NCBI GenBank assembly: GCA_964016885.1
Contig: OZ024742.1
Location: 161,820,001-161,884,000, forward strand
Length of the DNA stretch: 64,000 nucleotides
DNA from: Eledone cirrhosa
Taxonomy: Eukaryota
Reading direction: 5' to 3'
Positions within the stretch are counted from its first letter, which is position 1, and every line of letters starts with the position of its first letter. A program made the position numbers and the translations under genes. Below are positions 55,572 to 64,000 of this stretch, one piece after another. The notes under the pieces were generated by a model that was not told the DNA's origin, searched no databases, and saw only the letters and a list, made by a program, of their open reading frames with translations.

Positions 55572-57215
55572 GTATATATGTATATATATATTGTTATACT
55601 TTGGGAGGGTCATGTTGCCAATAAGAAACACACGCACCAGTTGTTCCACTTCAATTTATTATAATAAATTTATAAATTTCTGGTTGGTTGGTTGGTTCCA
55701 CAAACAGATAGTTGTTTATATATTGTCATAGTTCTTTCGTCACACACTCTGTGACCTCTTAAGTGACTGCGGATTCCTTTCTTTGTTTCTGTGCCTCTCC
55801 TTTGTTCTGTCCTACGCCATTTTGTTTCTGTGTGTGTGTTGTGTGCTCAGTCTGCGCATGCGCCACATCCGGGTGTCTGTGTGTGTTTATATTCATTTAT
55901 TTATTTGTTTATTTACATGTTACTGGTTGGTTGTTTGTTCTATGTGTGTGTGTGTTTTCATTTTGTCCTTAATTGTAAGTTGTGATGTTGCTGTTCCACT
56001 CATATTTTCTATTTAATTTTGGTTGTAATTCTTTTATGTTTATTGCCTCTGTAATTTGTCTAAACATTGCCTCTTTTCTGTGTGTAGATTCTATTTCTAT
56101 TTCTATGTTCTCTAATTTACCCTTGTGTTCTATTTTAGCTTGTTGGTAGAGTACAGATGATTCTTTACTATCTTGAAGGTCTCGCCAGTGTTCATTTATC
56201 CGTTCCCCTACACTACGAGCTGTCTCACCTATGTACACTATATTTTTGTCTCTACATTGTCCTTCAGTACATCTTATGCTATACACTACATTTCTAGTTT
56301 TACAGTTAATATGGGGGCTTATTTTACAGGTTATACATTTCTTATCTATACATGAGGGTCTTTGAAAAGGGTATGTCTTGCTAATAAGTGTTTTTACGGA
56401 GGCACCTGGTCTTTCTACTATCTTAATATTGAGTTTATGTTTATTTAGGGCCCTTCTAAATTTGTAATTAATTCACCTCTAGGGGTTGTATCGATGAACA
56501 TTACACTCTGGTATTTATTGCTATCATACCATGAGTTTATTCTATTAGCCTTGTTCCTAGTTCTTTCTATTCTATTCCAAAATTTGCTCCTATACAAGGG
56601 GCAGGTCCCATTTATGTCATTATTTACCATTTTTTCCCATTTGGTTCTGGCTCCTCTATACACTCTGATTTTATCTCTCTGAGAACTGCATACGGTGGAT
56701 GAAGTGTTGTATGTGTCTCTCTAGTTCTTCGGGGTTGCACATGTGGGACACATTTCTCATCACTCGTATGTTGATTTTGGTATGGTCCGAAACGGCCGAG
56801 TTTCGGTGGATCAGATGTTTGGAAGTCATGGATGTCTGTGTGTGTTTATATTCATTTAAGTCATCAGATGTTTGGAAGTCATTTGGAATAATGGGAATGG
56901 AGGATTTGTTTTTTGTTGTTAATGGTATCTAACCAGAGCTCTGTGTCTAGTACAGGTAATCGATGGTTGGGGTGTTTACTTGGGTAGTCTATAGTAACTC
57001 TAATGCTCTGGTGGATGGAGTTTGCTATTTGCTGGATGCTTTCCATTGTGTTTTTCTCTAGTTCCTGACTGTTCTCTAGTGGGGGTGTCTTAACTACGAT
57101 GTTTATATCATCAACGTAGTGGGAGTACATTATCAGGGTTAAGGGGTCTTCTAATTGTTCTTTAAGTTTAAGTTTAAGTTTAAGTCTACTGTCCCACCAT
57201 ACCTTGAACAAGTTA

Positions 57216-60200
57216 GATAATACAAGAAATAGCTAGGATCACCATACCAAGAGAGAAACTAATATTTATAAGCCTTATACGTCCTGAAGAAGAGTACATT
57301 ACTCAAGAATGTGATAAGCACTTTAACAAGAAACTAAAGTGGCTTAAGCAGATAAAGCTAAATCAGGATACTATAGAGAATACCAATAGATATCCCGACA
57401 AAATTGACGGTATAAATATGGCCGACACCTCATTAACAGATGAGTTCAACAACAACAACACAAATATATACGGCAACACAATAATAGATAATGATGAGAG
57501 ATCTGTGTTGTGTTTACCCCCGAAATTTGCGACATTCAAGAAGGTAAATATGATTAGTTGTCTGTCAGAAATAGAAAAATCATTTACAAAACTACGCTGG
57601 AGCCTCAAAAACAAAAACAAAAACAAAAGCAACAATATACGCACACACATATACAACACACATCCCAACAACAACAGACACACAGACACAAACAACAATA
57701 ACAACAACACACACACCAACAACAACAACAATAACAACATACCCAGAAACAACAACAACAGACACGCAGACACAAACAACAATAACAACACACACAACAG
57801 CAATAACACACACGGAGACAACAACAACACACATCAACAACAGCACACATCAACAACAACAACAACACACACACATTCAATGCCTCTCATCACCACCACA
57901 ATCTTAACAAACACACAGACACAGAAAACAAGTAATGACAGTAGCACAGAAATCACAGAAATAAGGTAAAGTAATAGGATTAAAAGGAGAAGGGAGACTA
58001 AGGACAAAGAAAATAACCAAGACGAACACACAGACACACAACAATGAGCCAGTGGAAAGAGACAGGAGTAATTATGAGAGACATAGAAACAACCATGAGG
58101 CTGTTGGTGGAAATAGAAATAGAAACAACACAAGTAACAATAACAATAGCACTAGTACACATAAAGCAGCTGCCTGGAACTCTACGTTTTATAATCCCTC
58201 CGATAAATCGTTCGACCTGCGACGAGTCCACGCCACGACTTTACCATTTAACAAACGCACGCAATTGCCGTCGCAGGTCGATGAACAAACAGAAGCACAA
58301 TTTAGTATAGCTAGATCCGAACTTAGAAGTATTATAGAACATTATAGCAAGAAGCATAATAGAATGGAGGCCCAGCAACTGGGAGAAAAATCTGCAAATG
58401 GCTTGCGTAAGCTCATGCAGCGCTCACGTAATGGAGAGATAGCATGCTTTCCAACAGACAAGTCTGGCAGAATGTCGGTTGACAGCCTGCCAAACTACAT
58501 CCAGGCAATGCAACCCCACATCACTAACACAAGAGAGGTAACACCACAGGAGCATGAGGATAGAGAAAAATCCCTCAATGCCCATATGGTGATGTGGACG
58601 AATATAATGCAGCCCAACAAAAGGACTGCCAACAACTTCCAGGCCTGGAACAATGACGTGCCGGCGTTGTATGGGCTTCGAAAAGACCATAAAACGGGCA
58701 GTGACCCTGTCGCGGGACCACCAACACGGCCAGTCTGTGGAGCTAACATTGCTAGTAACTACAGACTGTCCTACTTCCTCTCCCTGATCATACACCCCAT
58801 CATTGAAATGTCCCCAGATGTATGTGACAGCACGGAGGACCTCCTCAGCAGAATCGGCGTGAGTAACCGATCTAGGGACCTAACAAACTGCATAATAGGC
58901 AGTATGGATGTTGTGTCCCTGTATCCATCTATTGACGTGGATTTTGCTGTGGAGAAATGCGTAGAAATGATCAGTGAGAGCAAGGTTGAGTTCCGTGGGA
59001 TTGATACCAGTGAGCTGGGACTCCTACTTAAGCTTACCTATAGTAATAATTACCTAGACACATATGACCTTAGCAACCTGTGCCCTGCAAGACCAGCAAG
59101 AGGCAGACCACCTACCATTACCTCTATGGCCAAGAAAACCCACACAGATAGATGGAACGGGTGGACCAGAGCCATACGGACACCCGAAAACCACGATGAA
59201 CTGAAGAAAATGATTGCACATGCGGTAGGGGCCAGCATAAAACTAACCCTTAAGGAACATATGTTCAAATTTAATGGAAAAACATATGCCCAAGAGCAAG
59301 GAGCAGCCATTGGTGTTAGCATTGCAGGCGACATAGCTAACTTATTCATGGTATGGTGGGACAGTAGACTTAAACTTAAACTTAAAGAACAATTAGAAGA
59401 CCCCTTAACCCTGATAATGTACTGCCGCTACGTTGATGATATAAACATCGTAGTTAAGACACCCCCACTAGAGAACAGTCAGGAACTAGAGAAAAACACA
59501 ATGGAAAGCATCCAGCAAATAGCAAACTCCATCCACTAGAGCATTAGAGTTACTATAGACTACCCAAGTAAACACCCAAACCATCTATTACCTGTACTAG
59601 ACACAGAGCTCTGGTTAGATACCATTAACAACAAAAAACAAATCCTCCATTCCCATTATGCCAAACCCATGACTTCCAAACATCTGATCCACCGAAACTC
59701 GGCCGTTTCGGACCATACCAAAATCAACATACTGATTGCGGATTTGGTACGGGTGATGAGAAATGTGTCCCGCATGTGCAACCCCGAAGAACTAGAGAGA
59801 CACATACAATACTTCATCCACCGTATGCAGTTCTCTGGCTACAATCAGAGAGATGAAATTAGAGTGTATAGAGGAGCCAGAACCAAATGGGAAAAAATGG
59901 TAAATAATGACATAAATGGGACCTGCCCCTTGTATAGGAGCAAATTTTGGAATAGAATAGAAAGAACTGGGAACAAGGCTAATAGAATAAACTCATGGTA
60001 TGATAGCAATAAATACCAGAGTGTAATGTTCATCGATACAACCCCTAGAGGTGAATTAGCTTACAAATTTAGAAGGGCCCTAAATAAACATAAACTCAAT
60101 ATTAAGATAGTAGAAAGACCAGGTACCTCCGTAAAACCACTTATTAGCAAGACATACCCTTTTCAAAGACCCTCATGTATAGATAAGAAATGTATAACCT

Positions 60201-60559
60201 GTAAAATAAGCCTCCATATTAACTGTAAAACTAGAAATGTAGTGTATAGCATAAGATGTACTGAAGGACAATGTAGAGACAAAAATATAGTGTACATAGG
60301 TGAGACAGCTCGTAGTGTAGGGGAACGGATAAATGAACACTGGCGAGACCTTCAAGATAGTAAAGAATCATCTGTACTCTACCAACATGCTAAAATAGAA
60401 CACAAGGGTAAATTAGAGAACATAGAAATAAAAATAGAATCTACACACAGAAAAGACGCAATGTTTAGACAAATTACAGAGGCAATAAACATAAAAGAAT
60501 TACAACCAAAATTAAATAGAAAATATGAGTGGAACAGCAACATCACAACTTACAATTAA
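57216..60559 (+). pseudogene. PLE-B RT + GIY-YIG ORF with an N-terminal Asn/Thr-rich tract; frameshift near 57970-58050 and stop at 59537
   Basis: ORFs 57418-57969, 58052-59539 and 59669-60559; the left arm has CAG at the position of the TAG. Confidence 0.9.
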
Positions 60560-60760
60560 GGACAAAATGAAAACACACACACACATAGAACAAACAACCA
60601 ACCAGTAACATGTAAATAAACAAATAAATAAATGAACATAAACACACACAGACACCCGGATGTGGCGCATGCGCAGACTGAGCACACAACACACACACAG
60701 AAACAAAATGGCGTAGGACAGAACAAAGGAGAGGCACAGAAACAAAGAAAGGAATCCGCA

Positions 60761-60803
60761 GTCACTGAAGAGGTCACAGAATGTGTGACGAAAGAACTAT
60801 GAC
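60761..60803 (+). ncRNA. Type I hammerhead ribozyme (PLE-B); mutated copies at 55725-55767 (core CTTAAGA) and ~9781-9820 (core partly deleted)
   Basis: GTCA-CTGAAGA-G GTCACA GAATG TGTGAC-GAAA-GAAC-TA-TGAC. Confidence 0.8.
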
Positions 60804-61016
60804 AATATATAAACAACTATCTGGTTGTGGAACCAACCAACCAACCAGAAATTTATAAATTTATAAATTTATTATAAATTTATTATAATAAATTGAAGTG
60901 AAAGCAACTGGTGCGTGTGTTTCTTATTAGCAACATGACCCTCCCAAAGTATAACAATATCGGTTTCAACACACGATTTCAGATAAAGAATCTTGCTAAA
61001 CAAATTCAGAAACGAA

Positions 61017-61078
<62 letters not shown>

Positions 61079-61081
<3 letters not shown>

Positions 61082-63819
61082 TTAGGTTATCAATAATGTA
61101 GTGATAATATATCGTTACGTTAGAGATGAACAGCGTACGTGCAGGTTTGCTCAACGAGTATAAATTATATTCCGGAGAAATGTAGAAAGGATGAATATAA
61201 AATGTTAGAGCAGACAAAACATCAAACGTATATACCATGGATGTGGACACTTACAATAACTTCATCCGTAAGGAATTGCATAAAAAATACAGGAAAACTA
61301 ATGAAGCCACACTTAAAAACATCAACAACTCGGCATGTGATATTGTTAAAAAACTTTGTATTGACGATAGAACGCAACCCTTAACACCAGCTATACCATC
61401 CTTCAACCTGAAGGACCACAAGGTAAACTTCGATACTAACCCTAATATTAGACTTATATGCCCCTCTAAATCTGATATAGGTAAAATTAGCAAATATATA
61501 CTAGACAGAATTATCCCCCAAGTTAAGGTTAAAGTAGAGATTAAACTATGGGGTAACACTCATGAAGCAATAAGATGGTTTAATAACATTACTGATAAGA
61601 AAAAATCAAAATTTATTCAGTTTGATATTGATGAATATTATTCCTCAATTTCACCTGATACTCTACATGAAGCTCTTTCGTTCGCTAAGGATAATTCCGA
61701 CCTTACGGATGCTGAAATTAAAATTATTATGGAAGCGAGAAAAACTATAGTTAAATTCGATGATAGCTACTGGGTTCGCAAAGATAGACCTTCTAATTTT
61801 GATATCACTATGGGTTCTAATGATTCGGCGGAAGTAACAGATCTTGTGGGAATTTATATCACCCACAGATTACAAGGAAAATTCAAGGATCTCCACGGTG
61901 GAATTTACCGTGACGATGCGCTCCTATTAGTTAAGCATATGAATAACCAGAATTTAGAAAGGATGCGTAAAAATATCAGAAAACTTTTTAAGGAACTAGG
62001 ATTAAATATTACATTTGAATATAACCTCAAAGAGGTCAATTTCCTTGATGTTACTTTCAATCTCAATACAGATACGATTAAACCGTTCCATAAACTAAAT
62101 GAGAACCTTAAATATGTAGATACGAGTTCTAACCACCCACTCTCTATAATTAAATCCATCCCTAGAAACGTTTCTCTTAGAATCTCCCGCCTATCGTCCA
62201 ACCAACAAACCTTCAAAGAACATGCCGAGTATTATGATGATGCACTTAGGAAAGCCGGTCACCTAGATAATATAGAGTATATAGTCAAAGATCACCAAAA
62301 CACCCAAAATAAATCACATAGGAGTAGAAATAGCACAGAATCACCACCATACATACACTACCGCAATAGACACAATAATAGTCGCACACCACCAAACAGA
62401 AGGCGATGTAGGGAGTATATCTGGTACAACCCGGTCTATAACAAATCTATTAAAACCAATCTACCCTCAAAATTCATTCGATTAGTTAGAAAACACTTTC
62501 CAACATCACATAAATATAATAAAATCTTAAACCCTAACACTATTCGACTTTCATATTCAACCGCCCCTAATATTGAACAACATATAAAAAAGCTTAACGC
62601 AAAACGGTTGTATAAACGCCTTCCAACACATAACAATACACGTAAAACATTAGCTATAACATCACAAAACAACAAACAACATCCTGTCCTACATAAGCAA
62701 CCTCATCAACCCATCCATGGCAATACAACAACGCAAAATTATAATTGCAACTGTGTCCAACCAGGAATGTGTCCGTTGAACAATCAGTGTCTTGAACGCA
62801 ACATCGTATACAAATGTACTATCGAATCGGATAGACAGAAGTGGTACTATGTGGGATCTACAGCCACCTCCTTCAAATCACGCCTTTATAGACATCGTTA
62901 TTCGATAAAACATGAAAACCAGCGTTATGTAACAACACTCGCAGACAAGGCTTGGCAGCTGAGTGAAAATAACCAACAATTTCACCTAAAATGGGATATA
63001 ATAGCGGCTGCTCCCCCCCATATTCCAATGGACAGGAATTTTGTAAATTATGTAATGTAGAATTATTTTGTATTATGAAATCCAAAAACATTTTATTAAA
63101 TAACAGAATAGAGCGATCGTTATACTGTAACCATCGCTTAAAATCTACATTTTCATATTATAAATACTACCAGGATTGAACGCCTGTCTCTATCCCCGTT
63201 TGATTGTCAAAATAGATATGAACATTCTTTATTAGTCTTAATTCTATCAACTCTTCTATTATTTACCTTTTAATACAAACTGCTATAGATAAAATGAGAT
63301 TTCTGATTTCTTGATTCAATTCCCTAATGCATATACCAGCTGGCTACTAGCATTGATGTTATTTAGTAGCAATCGAAATCTCCCCCTTCCCCAATTGACA
63401 CTTTATAATTAATACTACTGCACCAAATGACCAGCCCTGTCCACTGTCCAGTTGGTCAAGTAGAGATTAAAATTGGCACTCCAAAATTCTTATTTAGATT
63501 TACTCATGGTATTCTCATTAAAAACCCATTATATACTTGTTTAGTAGTAAATTATTTTACCATCTGTCATATTCTATCCCCTCTGTTCCTTCCTCTTTTA
63601 CTAATATAAATACTTCAATTTTTCTGATTTTATCCAGTTTATCCAAAATCTCTGAAGAAGTGACAACTGATTATACATTTGCTATCGAATACTTGCTAAC
63701 ATTATATGATTACGCAAGCAGCGATACATAGGTATTCGGTCTGTTACAGAAACATATGTCAATACCTAATAAATTCCTTTTTTAACAAAAGCACTTTCAT
63801 TTTATATTCATCCTTTCTA
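61079..63819 (+). mobile_element. PLE family G (Naiad-type), 5'-truncated, RT + GIY-YIG (61205-63179, frameshift near 63020); inverted tail 61079-61204
   Basis: ADKT, LKDHK, RLICP, FDI, MGS, YRDD, SNHP, WYNP, CNC..CPL, YVG, CKLC, CNH. Confidence 0.93.
63645..63765 (+). ncRNA. Type I hammerhead with ~90-nt stem II (PLE-G); stem I imperfect
   Basis: CTGAAGA 63652; GTGACA/TGTTAC, CGAATAC/GTATTCG and TTGC/GCAA helices; GAAA 63749; palindromic CATATG; GUC triplet. Confidence 0.68.
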
Positions 63820-64000
63820 TATATATATATGTATATATATATGTATATATATATGTATATATATATGTATATATATGTATATATATATGTATATATATAT
63901 GTATATATATATGTATATATATGTATATATATATGTATATATATATGTATATATATAAAGGAACGATCGACTTTCGTCAAATCGGACCGAGGGAACAATG

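Larger units (their letters stand above)
55590..61018. mobile_element. Head-to-head inverted PLE family B (Neptune/Nematis-type): short arm 55590-57215 (-), long arm ~57216-61018 (+)
   Basis: PKFA, TDKSG, RKDHK, RPVCG, DVVSLYPS, GAAIG, RYVDD, GIY-YIG; arms are inverted copies. Confidence 0.93.

Overview
Eukaryotic (metazoan, probably invertebrate; the SINE and RTE tails resemble cephalopod repeats) AT-rich region with no recognisable host gene. The whole window is a nest of retroelements inserted into TA-type microsatellite. It holds (i) at least 9 families of Penelope-like elements (PLE; RT + GIY-YIG), labelled A1, A2, B-H here, most with Naiad-type YRDD/CxC..CP motifs and two with YVDD/Cys-linker Neptune/Nematis-type motifs; (ii) four RTE-group LINE families, labelled RTE-1 and RTE-A/B/C, including one apparently intact copy with a ~465-bp tandem 5' region and a PHD-like finger inside the RT; (iii) a tRNA-derived SINE; and (iv) a non-coding 555-bp tandem array. 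Folding by eye finds type I hammerhead ribozymes in 10 distinct sequence families, one near the 3' end of each PLE family and one per 555-bp monomer (retrozyme-like), several with unusual cores or very long stem II. Most PLE insertions, and the retrozyme array, share one architecture: two head-to-head arms whose 3' ends both point out into (TA)n, one ending short and the other carrying a longer tail. RTE 3' UTRs and the SINE carry repeated hairpin + H-type pseudoknot modules. Long I/Y/C/V-rich ORFs are microsatellite artefacts. All structures and family labels are manual and unverified by computation.
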